Assembly (NCBI GenBank): GCA_965208905.1
Contig: OZ242365.1
Coordinates: 768,001 to 832,000, forward strand
DNA: 64,000 nt
Source of the DNA: Nitrosopumilaceae archaeon
GTDB taxonomy: Archaea > Thermoproteota > Nitrososphaeria > Nitrososphaerales > Nitrosopumilaceae
Direction of reading: 5' to 3'
Position 1 is the first letter of the stretch, and every line of letters begins with the position of its first letter. A program made the position numbers and the translations under genes. Positions 53,708 through 64,000 of the stretch are shown here, piece by piece. The notes under the pieces are model-generated. The model saw only the letters and a program-made list of their open reading frames with translations, had not been told where the DNA came from and searched no databases.

Positions 53708-54259
53708 TTATATGCCCAAAAATGGTGGTGCCCATTCCTGCATAAATTTTCTATATTCGGCCTTTGTATACACTAATGCATACATGGAAGCGTCAGTCTG
53801 CGGGACAAAGTCGTATACCTCATACGTCTGTAGTATGTCTCCAAAGAGATTTCTGAATATATCGTTCTCCTCATATGCTATATCTTTGGTCAGAAACGAT
53901 TTCACAGTTATCCAGTCATAGCCCCCCAAGGTCTTTCCAGAGTATGCAACAAAAGGTGCCTCGTTGAGATACTTTTTAAGACCCTCCAACCTCTTTGGCA
54001 GGGCCTGAGATATTCGAAACGTCATTAAATCTATGTGTACTATTCGTCCAGGTATCTTTTTTGTATCTACAGATATTGTATAACCACGAATTACGCCATC
54101 GGCCTCCATCTGTTTGATGCGAGACTCTATCTCATCCTGACTTATGCTGTACCCAAAGCCCCGCAGATAGTCCCATATGGCAAACGTTCCCTGTCGAGCA
54201 TCTTGACTCAGAGCTGATAATATTACATGATCTGCTCCATCCATAATATGTAATAGCAT
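53708..54259 (-). CDS. Lrp/AsnC-family regulator
   Basis: ILSALSQDAR...RIKQMEADGVIRGY. Confidence 0.8.
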   Translation of the reverse strand: MLLHIMDGADHVILSALSQDARQGTFAIWDYLRGFGYSISQDEIESRIKQMEADGVIRGYTISVDTKKIPGRIVHIDLMTFRISQALPKRLEGLKKYLNEAPFVAYSGKTLGGYDWITVKSFLTKDIAYEENDIFRNLFGDILQTYEVYDFVPQTDASMYALVYTKAEYRKFMQEWAPPFLGI

Positions 54260-54300
54260 AACGGTTATTTAATTAATTAACCTCTTGTGGTGTGTAATAT

Positions 54301-54780
54301 CTGTTAAATCTCTTAAAATATTATAAAATTACAGTCTATGGGCCTGATTGACCAGAAAGGTACCTCACAGCAATGCTGCATGTGCGACAGCACAAACACA
54401 TGGCTCCACAGCAACAATTCAGGCGCCACAATTGTGGCGTTTTAATGCACGTAGGTGTCAACGTGGCATTCAACATATTATTCATTTTTTATGCAGTGCA
54501 GTGGGGTAGGCGTGTGCAAGCTGTCTATGCACTACAAAACAAGATTGGAATGGTCTTGAGAGGAAAGATACATCTTGGCACTTGCACGCTTCCTCCCAGT
54601 GTTAATGACATCATGGTCGGCACAGGCTGTCCAAAGGTTGGGTGTCAAAACCCGACCAACAAAAGACATCTCAATGGAGCTCCTCTGAATGGCGGCTCAT
54701 CGCCAACATCTGTGGAAACACAGGCTGTTTATCCCTCGGATTTAACACTCAGTTTCATCCCTCAGTAACTTAACAGTTCC
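54301..54780 (+). mobile_element. Internally deleted derivative of the TIR-tnpB element (3' tnpB remnant plus right TIR)
   Basis: Homologous to the 3' part of tnpB 109-1407 (FNILF-FYAVQW...GMVLRGKIHL...GTGCPK). Right end reverse complement is GGAACTGTTAAGTTACTGAGGGATG; left remnant CTGTTAAATC at 54301. Confidence 0.82.
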
Positions 54781-54809
54781 CTTATATGAAACAAGGATTA
54801 TACTGTAAC

Positions 54810-55805
54810 ATGGATTATGCACACCCAGAAATTCTTGTAGATACAGACTGGGTGGAAGATAACTGTCTAAAAGAAGGTGTTCGATTAATAGAGGTTAACT
54901 ATCGCCCAGAGAAGGCATACTTGAAGGGCCATATACGAGGCGCGACACTGATTCGATGGGGGGACCTGATCAAAGAAGACAGCTATGTGGACAACGCATT
55001 TGGGCAGACATGGCTACCTGGAATGGACTCGTACGATGATAGCCTTCCTCAGGACATACTGGACAAGAAAGAGTTTGAACAGATGATGTCAAACCACGGT
55101 ATAGATAGAGATACAAAAGTTGTGCTGTACGGAGATCATGGCAACTGGTTTGCTGCCTATGCATTCTGGCTCTTTAAGATATACAATCATCAAGACCTTT
55201 GTCTTATGGACGGGGGTAGAATAAAGTGGGAACTAGAAGGGCGCGAGTATGTTACCGAGGAGGTACAGGTGCAGCCTACCAAATACAAAGTAAAGTCCAA
55301 CAATGAGGGTGACTTTCGTGCATCATTAGATGATGTCTACGACTCTCTTGAAAGTAAAGATGTGACATTGGTCGATATAAGATCTCCTGAAGAATATTCG
55401 GGCAAGACCACATCCAACAAAGATTTGGGATTAGACGAGATGGATAAGAGAGGTCATATACCCGGAGCCGTCAATGTCCCAGCAAGTCAGACAGTTAACA
55501 AGGATGGTACATTCAAGAGTTATGATGAGCTATTGGAGCTGTATAAATCCCATGGAGTGATATCCGATGATGATGTAGTAACGTATTGCCGACTTGGAGA
55601 GAGGGCTGCTCACTCATGGGTCGTTCTTAGGTACCTGTTGGGTTACCCTAACGTGTCCAGCTACGATGGTTCTTGGGGCGAGTGGGGGACTGCCCATGGT
55701 GTACCTATAGTGACATCTGATACGCCAAAATATACAGATTCAAAGAGAGAAGATGATGCACCAAAGAAATCCAAAGGTTGGGGCGGTCGTTTTTGGAACA
55801 AGTAA
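54810..55805 (+). CDS. Thiosulfate sulfurtransferase (tandem rhodanese)
   Basis: GHIRGA, GHIPGA, YCRLGER, YDGSWGEW. Confidence 0.92.
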   Translation: MDYAHPEILVDTDWVEDNCLKEGVRLIEVNYRPEKAYLKGHIRGATLIRWGDLIKEDSYVDNAFGQTWLPGMDSYDDSLPQDILDKKEFEQMMSNHGIDRDTKVVLYGDHGNWFAAYAFWLFKIYNHQDLCLMDGGRIKWELEGREYVTEEVQVQPTKYKVKSNNEGDFRASLDDVYDSLESKDVTLVDIRSPEEYSGKTTSNKDLGLDEMDKRGHIPGAVNVPASQTVNKDGTFKSYDELLELYKSHGVISDDDVVTYCRLGERAAHSWVVLRYLLGYPNVSSYDGSWGEWGTAHGVPIVTSDTPKYTDSKREDDAPKKSKGWGGRFWNK

Positions 55806-56297
55806 GAAAACACATGCCCAATTATAATGAGCAGGATGTCTAGCAACGTGAGGAATGGCTTTACTGATTGTACAAACAGTACACCACCTAGCAGACACGT
55901 ATTTCAAACTGGCCTATATCATAAAAGAGATTGACCCTGATACGTCAAGTTATATGAGATGCGCAGTCTATACCGACTGACACACATCAATCAACATTGC
56001 GTATCTGCCTAAAGCGGCCCTGTTCATGTCTGGTAAGTTGCGCCGTCTGGAGACTTTGACATTCCACCAGAACTCATTAAGCCGTCCGACTGTCGTATCA
56101 CAACCATATACAATACATGCTGTGGAGCCATGTGATTATTTATAATTCATATGCTCGAACTCTATCAAAGATGAGCGCTCGTTGCAAATATGTCGTACTA
56201 ATTATAATCAAATTTAGAGGATTTTGAAACATTCTTTGTATCTGCGGCAGTCTACAGCGATAACTCTTTTAGGTATGCTAAGCGTAATTTCGAGCTA

Positions 56298-58598
56298 TTG
56301 GAGTTTGTGCTATCACCAACTATCGGATATGTGGTACTCATAGGTGTGGGACTAGCGATGGCGGCCGTTGTTACCATGATGGTCAAGGTTGAGACCAAGT
56401 GGTTGGGAACCCGTAAGACTTCTGAATGGTTCTATACGGCAGGCCGTACCATAAAGACGGGACTCATTGCTGCATCCATAGTTTCAGCTTGGACTTGGGC
56501 AGCCACACTGTTGCAGTCGTCTACTGTAACGTTTGAGTTTGGTATGGCCGGAGCCTTTTGGTATGCCGCCGGAGCCAGCATACAGGTGGTCCTCTTTTCA
56601 ATAATCGCCATAGAGCTGAAACGCAAGGCCCCCATGACCCATACATTTCCCGAGATGATATATGTCCGATACGGGAAACACCCGCACAAAGTATTTCTCT
56701 TCTTTGCATTACTGACTAATACTATAGTTACTGCAATGCTGGTTTTGGGAGGCGCAGCAGTGGTGAACTCCCTGACCGGCGTGGATATTACACTGGCCGC
56801 ATTTCTCTTGCCCGTGGGGATAGTTGCGTATACAGTCTTTGGAGGACTAAAAGCTACATTCTTTGCTGAATATATCAATGCCGGCTTCATATTTGTGGTT
56901 GTTCTGATATTTGTCTTGGCGATATATTTTACTGGCCCGACTATAGGGGGCATACCTGGGATGTACGACAAACTCACTGAGGCGGCATTACTTAACCCTG
57001 TGGAAGGAAACGTTGCAGGCAGCTTTCTCACTTTGGCCTCGGCTGGAGCTTTGGTCTTTGGGATAATAAACATTGTAGGGAATTTTGGAACCGTCTTTGT
57101 GGATCAATCATATTGGCAGAGGGCCATTGCCGCGCGGCCAAAATCAGCTACTGGTGGCTTCATACTGGGCGGTCTGGCGTGGTTTGCAATTCCCTTTGCG
57201 CTGGCCACTACGTTGGGTCTGGCAGCAGTAGCCAGCGGTGTGATATTGACCGAAGATCAGGTGGGTCAGGGCCTTGTGGCACCCACTACTGCATCAGTAC
57301 TGATGGGTGATGTGGGCGCAATCTTGATACTAACAATAATCTTTACGGCCGTCACTGCCGCGGGTTCATCACAACTAGTAAGTGTCTCATCACTGGTGAC
57401 ATATGATGTATACCGGACATACATGAAGCCCTCGGCTACAGGCCGCCAACTCATACGGGTGTCGCGATATACAATACTGTTATTTGGTATGGGCATGGGA
57501 TTGTTGGGGCTAGCATTACTCCATATTGGACTATCGCTCCAGTATGTGTATCTTCTGATGGGCATATTGATAGGCTCTGCGGTTGCACCAATTGCCATGT
57601 CGCTATTGTGGTCTAGAACTGGCCCACATACGGCAATATCTGGAGCCATAGTGGGATTGGTGGCCGGCGTAGCAGTCTGGCTGGCATCAGCATATGCCAT
57701 ACACGGCGAGATCACTGTATTGGCTACAGGAGATACAATTCCAATGCTGGCTGGAAATATATCTTCCATATCTACTAGTCTTGTAATATGCGTGGCTGGC
57801 AGCATGTTGACTCGCAACCGCTTTGACTTTCAGATGCTGCGACAAAAGATTGTTGTACTCGATGAGAAGATGCGCTCCATTATAGATAGGGATGCAGATG
57901 AGAATATGTTACGTCGTGCCTCGACAATATCTAAAAGGATAGGGTTGGCAGCAACAATGACGGTGGTGGTGGTATGGCCGGCGCCTCTGTTTTTAAGCGG
58001 ATATGTCTTTACATTGTCATCATTTACTGTGTGGGTCTGGTTGGCGGCTCTATGGGCGGTGGCCGGCGCCATAGTGGTGATCGTACTGCCACTCTTTGAG
58101 GCTAGACGAAGTATATGGCATGTCATATCTCATACGGACTCTGAAGATCATAATGATGTAATATATGATCAAGACACTGTAATGGGTACGCCTTCAATTA
58201 GTGTTCTTGTACCTATAGATGGTTCAATACAATCTTTACGTGCCATGAGTAAGATGCATAATCTACTTCAGGAGATGGCTGGCGTCAGACTATATCTATT
58301 ATACGTGATAGAGTGGCCCGAGGAGAATAAAGAGACCGATGAAAATATCATGCATCAGATGCAAAAAGAGGGTTACTTGGTACTACAGAGTGTGGTGGTT
58401 CCCAGAGAAGCTGGAGACGTGCACCGTATAGTGAAGGTTGGAGACCCATCTACACGAATAGTCGAGATGGCCGAGAGCCTCCATGTAGATATGATAGCCA
58501 TGGGGCGCCGGGGCCTGGGAGGCACTGATGATACTTTGGGCCATGTCACTCAAAATGTAATCCGGACCACGCGCCAACCGGTCATACTACTGGACTAA
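56298..58598 (+). CDS. DUR3-type urea active transporter (SSS family) fused to a C-terminal USP domain
   Basis: SAWTWAATLLQS and GNFGTVFVDQSYWQRAIAA; C-terminal VLVPIDGS...GDP...MIAMGRRG...LGHVT...PVILL. Confidence 0.9.
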   Translation: MEFVLSPTIGYVVLIGVGLAMAAVVTMMVKVETKWLGTRKTSEWFYTAGRTIKTGLIAASIVSAWTWAATLLQSSTVTFEFGMAGAFWYAAGASIQVVLFSIIAIELKRKAPMTHTFPEMIYVRYGKHPHKVFLFFALLTNTIVTAMLVLGGAAVVNSLTGVDITLAAFLLPVGIVAYTVFGGLKATFFAEYINAGFIFVVVLIFVLAIYFTGPTIGGIPGMYDKLTEAALLNPVEGNVAGSFLTLASAGALVFGIINIVGNFGTVFVDQSYWQRAIAARPKSATGGFILGGLAWFAIPFALATTLGLAAVASGVILTEDQVGQGLVAPTTASVLMGDVGAILILTIIFTAVTAAGSSQLVSVSSLVTYDVYRTYMKPSATGRQLIRVSRYTILLFGMGMGLLGLALLHIGLSLQYVYLLMGILIGSAVAPIAMSLLWSRTGPHTAISGAIVGLVAGVAVWLASAYAIHGEITVLATGDTIPMLAGNISSISTSLVICVAGSMLTRNRFDFQMLRQKIVVLDEKMRSIIDRDADENMLRRASTISKRIGLAATMTVVVVWPAPLFLSGYVFTLSSFTVWVWLAALWAVAGAIVVIVLPLFEARRSIWHVISHTDSEDHNDVIYDQDTVMGTPSISVLVPIDGSIQSLRAMSKMHNLLQEMAGVRLYLLYVIEWPEENKETDENIMHQMQKEGYLVLQSVVVPREAGDVHRIVKVGDPSTRIVEMAESLHVDMIAMGRRGLGGTDDTLGHVTQNVIRTTRQPVILLD

Positions 58599-59406
58599 CT
58601 GCATGATGGCGCACTACACGCACAACACTATACATCATATGTAGGATCGCCTCAGTTTTGTTAGCGAGCATTCGTACTATTATGCCATCTTTACTATGCG
58701 TTATACTGGCACCACATGACACGTCCTTATGATGCAACATTGTGTCATTTATGTCACTGTATACTTTTGGTATTATACTGGCAGGTGCTAGTATGTATAT
58801 GGTGGATACAATGTCGTATGTACCCATTATGCCATATTTAGAGATGCTATTTTGTGTGGGCTCGATCTGAGATGCATCGTACAGCCGCCATGTATCTGTA
58901 TCACTTTTGGCAGATACTGTACTTTTAAACGATGAATATTCGAACATCTCCCCAAAAGCCCGCCGCCCTGAAGACAGTATGTCTGTGTATATTATGGTGG
59001 CCGACGGATGACAGACAATATCGACACTCTGTACATATCTGGAGTTCCTATACGGTATTGTGATGTCTGGCAGAAACTCCAGGTACGAGTCCTGCTCCAA
59101 GGTGATGGATATACTCTGGGTAGCCACCATACCCTGAGTATCATATATGCGCGTGGCTCCCTGAGTGGTCAGGCGGGCACGTGCCTTACCCTTTAATGTT
59201 ATCTGTATGGTGTGATTATCTTTACCAAGAATTCCACCTGAACTACTCATCATGTATAGATGCGCCATATCGTATATTGTGTCATCACAGTGAATGGCTC
59301 TCTGTATGTGGTATGGTGGTTGCACAAACTGTTCTGTAATGGTGGTCTTTCTACCTCCACTTAGCACCAATCGCAGAACCCCCTGCCTCCCTACATGATA
59401 CGTCAT
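58582..59406 (-). CDS. ureD: Urease accessory protein UreD
   Basis: SSGGILG, TTQGATRIY, LEFLPD, GR...GE.F. Confidence 0.9.
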   Translation of the reverse strand: MTYHVGRQGVLRLVLSGGRKTTITEQFVQPPYHIQRAIHCDDTIYDMAHLYMMSSSGGILGKDNHTIQITLKGKARARLTTQGATRIYDTQGMVATQSISITLEQDSYLEFLPDITIPYRNSRYVQSVDIVCHPSATIIYTDILSSGRRAFGEMFEYSSFKSTVSAKSDTDTWRLYDASQIEPTQNSISKYGIMGTYDIVSTIYILAPASIIPKVYSDINDTMLHHKDVSCGASITHSKDGIIVRMLANKTEAILHMMYSVVRVVRHHAVSPVV

Positions 59407-60056
59407 TGCGTATGCGCCTTTGGTGCCTGATCAAACAGTATATCTGATATGATATGGTCTACTATGCTATCTACACCTGTATTATGTCTACAGTCGGACA
59501 TCAAAAACGGCCTTTGGTCCCTCATGCGCAACGAGTCTTTACTCATGGTCTCTAGATTTGCATCAACGTGTGGGGCCAAATCTATCTTGTTTATCACTAA
59601 AAGATCACAACTCTGTATGCCTAGCCCACCCTTACGGGGATACTTGTCTCCCCCGGCTACATCTATTACATATATGAAGTAGTCCGCCAATACTGGACTA
59701 AAGGTAGTGGTGATGTTGTCTCCACCACTCTCTATAATTATAATGTCCAGCTCAGGATGACTCTGCTCCATCTCCTCTATTACTGCCAGATTCATGGAAG
59801 GGTCTTCGCGAACAGCCGTGTGTGGGCAGCCGCCGGTCGCCAGTCCGACTACTAAATCTTTGGGTATAATGTTCAGATTTGTAGACAGTGTATGTCGAAT
59901 TCTATCTGCATCCTCTTTTGATATGACATCATTTGATATTATGCCCGTCACATAGCCTCGGTCATACAATATGGGAACCATCCGCTCTATCAACAGACTC
60001 TTGCCAGAGCCCACCGGACCTCCAATACCGACCCGGGGAATCCTACTGATCACCAT
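59403..60056 (-). CDS. ureG: Urease accessory GTPase UreG
   Basis: GPVGSGK, TGGCPH, ESGGDN, NKID. Confidence 0.96.
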   Translation of the reverse strand: MVISRIPRVGIGGPVGSGKSLLIERMVPILYDRGYVTGIISNDVISKEDADRIRHTLSTNLNIIPKDLVVGLATGGCPHTAVREDPSMNLAVIEEMEQSHPELDIIIIESGGDNITTTFSPVLADYFIYVIDVAGGDKYPRKGGLGIQSCDLLVINKIDLAPHVDANLETMSKDSLRMRDQRPFLMSDCRHNTGVDSIVDHIISDILFDQAPKAHTQ

Positions 60057-60070
60057 TTTATACCATCGAA

Positions 60071-60751
60071 TTATGTAATAAACATCTTGGCATCCATACG
60101 CTCATGAGCCATCTGCATTATCTCTGCCTGCGGACAGAACTGCCAGATATCTTTTGATGTATATCCGTACTCTGCGGCCTGTAGTATATTTGGCTGAAGT
60201 GAATACATTATACTTTGAGCCTCTAGATGATGTATCATGCCCAACCTCAGGGCCGCCCCCATACTTGAAGTCACAAAACTGTACGATACGGCCAGCGGCG
60301 CCATCATATGCTCCAGATTCATGGCGCAGCAACATACGCCAATTGCTACAGGATGTGAACCTGAACCTGCATCAGATACATACTGTAGATACCACTTTAA
60401 TGTGTCATTTTGTATAAAGTTGGCCACACATCGCGCCGTCTGTATACCTGACCTCCTATATGCTCTGCGCGACTCTTGTACCGTCTTGATAGCCGTGATC
60501 TTTTGATCTAACAACTCCAGTTCTTTGATGTTGTGTGTGGTGGTATACTTGTACGCTAAAGCGGCAGTCGTACAGTCGGTTGGTCCCACCTGATTCTGTA
60601 AATATGCAGCACAGAACTCTTCTAGGTCTACACCTGACGTTATATCTTTAGCCAAATACATGGACTCTATTCCATTGGACGTACTAAACAGGCCAGCTGG
60701 AAACATGCTGTCGCACAACTGCATCATGTTTAGCATGTTACGCATGGCCAC
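60071..60751 (-). CDS. ureF: Urease accessory protein UreF
   Basis: DSMFPAG..STSNGIE; C-terminal HE...MFIT. Confidence 0.9.
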   Translation of the reverse strand: MAMRNMLNMMQLCDSMFPAGLFSTSNGIESMYLAKDITSGVDLEEFCAAYLQNQVGPTDCTTAALAYKYTTTHNIKELELLDQKITAIKTVQESRRAYRRSGIQTARCVANFIQNDTLKWYLQYVSDAGSGSHPVAIGVCCCAMNLEHMMAPLAVSYSFVTSSMGAALRLGMIHHLEAQSIMYSLQPNILQAAEYGYTSKDIWQFCPQAEIMQMAHERMDAKMFIT

Positions 60752-61199
60752 TCACATTGGCGTTGTTGTGTGGTACAAATACCCGCATCTCAACTGCGAT
60801 GTCATCGATGTCTAGCCTGTTTAATATGCGTCGGAATGTCGCCTCTTCAGATACATCCTGTATGGGGAGTAGTATCTGATTATTTTGTATGTCTATGGGG
60901 CGATGTAGATTTCCCAAGATGTGGCCCAACAGTACGAGTGTGGATGGTGCAACATTACGGGGCATCTGTATGACACATACCAACTCTGGCATCTGTTGTA
61001 TGGTGACGATGTGACCATCGCCTTGCAGTATTATACCATTGTATAAAGTCATGCCGACAGGCAAATCGATACCCATATCGTAACCCTTCTTCGACTGATG
61101 TCTGATGCGACTCTTTTGCATCTGTACCCTGTCTAATGATATGACATCCAAGTTCTTTGTGTTTGTTGTATCATCTAAGATTGTATCTAGCCTTATCAC
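60738..61199 (-). CDS. ureE: Urease accessory protein UreE
   Basis: GHILGNLH motif; cluster context. Confidence 0.88.
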   Translation of the reverse strand: MIRLDTILDDTTNTKNLDVISLDRVQMQKSRIRHQSKKGYDMGIDLPVGMTLYNGIILQGDGHIVTIQQMPELVCVIQMPRNVAPSTLVLLGHILGNLHRPIDIQNNQILLPIQDVSEEATFRRILNRLDIDDIAVEMRVFVPHNNANVSGHA

Positions 61200-61250
61200 A
61201 TCATACAGACACCATTAATGATTATTAAGTACGCAGTATCTTGTAGAGTA

Positions 61251-61553
61251 ATGATGCTGACCCCTCGCGAGACAGACAAACTACAGATATTTGTAGTAGC
61301 AGAGCTGGCCCGGAGGCGACAAGGAAGGGGTTTGAAACTGAATAGACCTGAGGCGATAGCCTTGATTGCAGATCATGTACTTGAGGGTGCCCGAGATGGG
61401 CGTTCAGTAGCCGAATTGACCAGCTCAGGTCGTAATGTATTATCAAGTGATGATGTACTGCCTGGTGTTGCAGACCTGATAGATTCAGTACAGGTTGAGG
61501 CTACATTTGATGACGGGACAAAGCTGGTAACGGTGCACAATCCGATACGGTGA
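61251..61553 (+). CDS. ureA: Urease gamma subunit
   Basis: [10 protein letters not shown]...[17 protein letters not shown]. Confidence 0.96.
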   Translation: MMLTPRETDKLQIFVVAELARRRQGRGLKLNRPEAIALIADHVLEGARDGRSVAELTSSGRNVLSSDDVLPGVADLIDSVQVEATFDDGTKLVTVHNPIR

Positions 61554-61556
61554 TGC

Positions 61557-61922
61557 ATGATGATACCTGGAGAGTACTACATATCAGAAGGAACAATACA
61601 AGCCAACGAGGGTATGCCGACCAGAACTATACAGGTAGAGAATACTGGAGATAGGCCCATACAAGTAGGGAGTCACGTACACTTCTTTGAGGCCAATAAG
61701 ATGCTCAAATTTAACCGTCAAGAGTCATACGGATTTCGTCTGGATATACCTTCAGGAACATCCATACGGTTTGAACCCGGCGATGCCAAGACAGTACCAT
61801 TGGTGCAATACGGAGGTAATAAGGTGGTGTATGGTTTTGGAGGATTAGTGAATGGTTCTTTAGAGGAGAGATATGAGGATGCCAAAAGACTGGCTGTTCA
61901 GCGGGGGTATAAGGGGACATGA
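61557..61922 (+). CDS. ureB: Urease beta subunit
   Basis: [22 protein letters not shown]. Confidence 0.96.
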   Translation: MMIPGEYYISEGTIQANEGMPTRTIQVENTGDRPIQVGSHVHFFEANKMLKFNRQESYGFRLDIPSGTSIRFEPGDAKTVPLVQYGGNKVVYGFGGLVNGSLEERYEDAKRLAVQRGYKGT

Positions 61923-63625
61923 CAAGCAGCATACCTCGTCGACGATACGCATCTTTGTATGGACCTACTGTCGGTGATCGTATACGGCTGGCAGATACAA
62001 ATCTAATTATGAAGATTGAAAAAGATCTTGTACGGTATGGAGATGAGGCCGTCTTTGGTGGAGGCAAAAGTATACGAGATGGCATGGGACAGTCCAGTGG
62101 AGTATCTGATACAGATGCTTTGGATTTGGTGATTACAAATACTATAGTGCTAGACCCGATACTTGGTATAGTCAAAGCCGACATTGGTGTAAAGAATGGC
62201 CGTATTGTAGGAGTGGGGAATGCTGGAAACCCTGACACCATGAATGATATAGATATGACCATAGGATCAACTACCGAAGTAATAGCTGGTGAGCACACCA
62301 TATGCACACCAGGCACAATAGACAGCCATGTCCATTACATATCGCCGCAACAGGTGATAGATGCCATATGCTCGGGTATTACCACAATGATTGGTGGAGG
62401 TACAGGACCTGCTGATGGAACCAACGCCACAACCTGCACCCCTGGCAGATGGAACCTACATCGCATGATGGAATCCGCCGAAGAGTTTCCCGTAAATATG
62501 GGATTTCTGTGCAAGGGGAACGATTCACAGATTGATGCCTTGTTGGAGCAAGTAGAGGCAGGTGCTTGTGGCTTGAAACTGCACGAAGACTGGGGTACCA
62601 CACCGGCCACAATAGATGCCGCACTCAAAGTGGCAGATAAGACCGATACTCAGGTGGCAATACATACAGACACATTAAATGAGTGCGGCTATGTGGATGA
62701 TACCATATCTGCCATTGGTGGCCGTACGATTCATACGTACCACACTGAGGGCGCCGGGGGCGGTCATGCTCCAGATATAATGAAGATGGCCGGCGAGAGT
62801 AACGTATTGCCCTCATCCACAAATCCAACACGGCCATTTACAGTAAACACACTTGCCGAGCACCTAGATATGATGATGGTCTGCCACCACCTAAACTCTT
62901 CAGTACCTGAAGATGTATCTTTTGCGGAGTCTCGCATACGGCGGGAGACCATTGCTGCAGAGGATATACTACATGACATGGGCATCATAAGTATGATGTC
63001 ATCAGATAGTCAGGCCATGGGTCGTGTAGGTGAGGTCACACTGCGAAACTGGCAGACGGCAGACTGTATGAAGATCTCTCAAGGCCGCCTAGCTATGGAG
63101 GATGGTGATAACGACAACTTTAGAATCAAAAGGTACCTGGCAAAGATAACAATAAACCCGGCAATTACACATGGCATATCAAAGCATGTGGGCACACTAA
63201 AGCCGGGCAGACTTGCAGACATTGTAATGTGGAGTCCCAAATTCTTTGGCGTGAGGCCAAAGATGATAATCAAGGGCGGCATGATTGCATACTCTATAAT
63301 GGGCGATGCAAACGCATCCATACCCACTACCGAACCCATAATGTATCGGCCCATGTGGGGGGCGCTGGGTACGGCGCGCAACTCGATTGCAGTAACATTC
63401 ACATCCAAAATTGCACTAGAGAAGGGTCAGGTGTCTGGAAATAGGCAGTTTGTAGCTGTCGAAGACTGTCGAAACATAACAAAGCAAGACATGATGTATA
63501 ATGATGCGACCCCGGACATTCAGATAAACCCTGAGACATATGAGGTGCGTGTTGATGGCAGTATAGTGTCTGATGGGGAACCTGCCAGTGTAGTGTCCAT
63601 GTCCCGTCTGTATAATCTGTACTAA
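61919..63625 (+). CDS. ureC: Urease alpha subunit
   Basis: [43 protein letters not shown]. Confidence 0.98.
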   Translation: MTSSIPRRRYASLYGPTVGDRIRLADTNLIMKIEKDLVRYGDEAVFGGGKSIRDGMGQSSGVSDTDALDLVITNTIVLDPILGIVKADIGVKNGRIVGVGNAGNPDTMNDIDMTIGSTTEVIAGEHTICTPGTIDSHVHYISPQQVIDAICSGITTMIGGGTGPADGTNATTCTPGRWNLHRMMESAEEFPVNMGFLCKGNDSQIDALLEQVEAGACGLKLHEDWGTTPATIDAALKVADKTDTQVAIHTDTLNECGYVDDTISAIGGRTIHTYHTEGAGGGHAPDIMKMAGESNVLPSSTNPTRPFTVNTLAEHLDMMMVCHHLNSSVPEDVSFAESRIRRETIAAEDILHDMGIISMMSSDSQAMGRVGEVTLRNWQTADCMKISQGRLAMEDGDNDNFRIKRYLAKITINPAITHGISKHVGTLKPGRLADIVMWSPKFFGVRPKMIIKGGMIAYSIMGDANASIPTTEPIMYRPMWGALGTARNSIAVTFTSKIALEKGQVSGNRQFVAVEDCRNITKQDMMYNDATPDIQINPETYEVRVDGSIVSDGEPASVVSMSRLYNLY

Positions 63626-63763
63626 ATACTGTATATTGTGTGAGTTCGTACTTGCGCACTTTTGTCAATATTGCCGATATCGACAGAACTACATCGTCAA
63701 AAAACAGCTATATAAAGAAAATTATCTGTAAAAGATCTAGTATAACATAACGTAATAGTATGC

Positions 63764-64000
63764 ATGGTAAATCGCACTATGTTGTGTTTGATGGTTCTAG
63801 GTATTGCAGCTGTTATGGGGCCATCATCCGCCTATGCAGCGGGCGCCATTGGTGAAGGATTCGCAATAGGTGATGTACTTGATGAGTCCTGGGGCTGGTT
63901 TATAGTAGTGGGATTGGGTGCTGTATTTGCCATTGTAATTACAATTGAGACCAAGATAGAGGAGAGATATCTGGGTGTCTCGCAAACTTCTGAATGGTTT
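63764..64000 (+). CDS. Second DUR3-type urea transporter, truncated by the window edge
   Basis: Hand translation MVNRTMLCL...GLGAVFAIVITIETKIEERYLGVSQTSEWF parallels the N-terminus of 56298 (…RKTSEWF). Confidence 0.8.
   Translation, partial: MVNRTMLCLMVLGIAAVMGPSSAYAAGAIGEGFAIGDVLDESWGWFIVVGLGAVFAIVITIETKIEERYLGVSQTSEWF

Overview
This window comes from an ammonia-oxidising archaeon (Nitrosopumilaceae-like Thaumarchaeota). The high load of IS elements and pseudogenes suggests a host-associated lineage, which is an inference. Core content: tRNA-Ala and tRNA-Pro, a Hel308-MCM-GINS cluster, RFC, archease, IF2/ndk/ribosomal proteins, acetyl/propionyl-CoA carboxylase (3HP/4HB cycle), an 11-subunit nuo operon, ParB-like and Lrp genes, and a urease cluster with two DUR3-type transporters. 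Accessory content: a MazF module with a truncated antitoxin, IS1595 with a nested ISH3, IS630, IS5 with a nested MITE, IS481 nested in a tnpB, a YwgA/HD-dNTPase pair, a heptad-repeat protein and an FNT channel. The standout is a transposase-less element at 95-1464. It carries an intact TnpB nuclease but is bounded by 25-bp IS6-like terminal inverted repeats (TIRs) and a perfect 8-bp target-site duplication (TSD), which is not IS200/IS605/IS607 architecture. A diverged, internally deleted relative at about 54301-54780 retains the 3' end with compensatory hairpin changes (candidate omegaRNA). A second tnpB also has GG-starting inverted ends.
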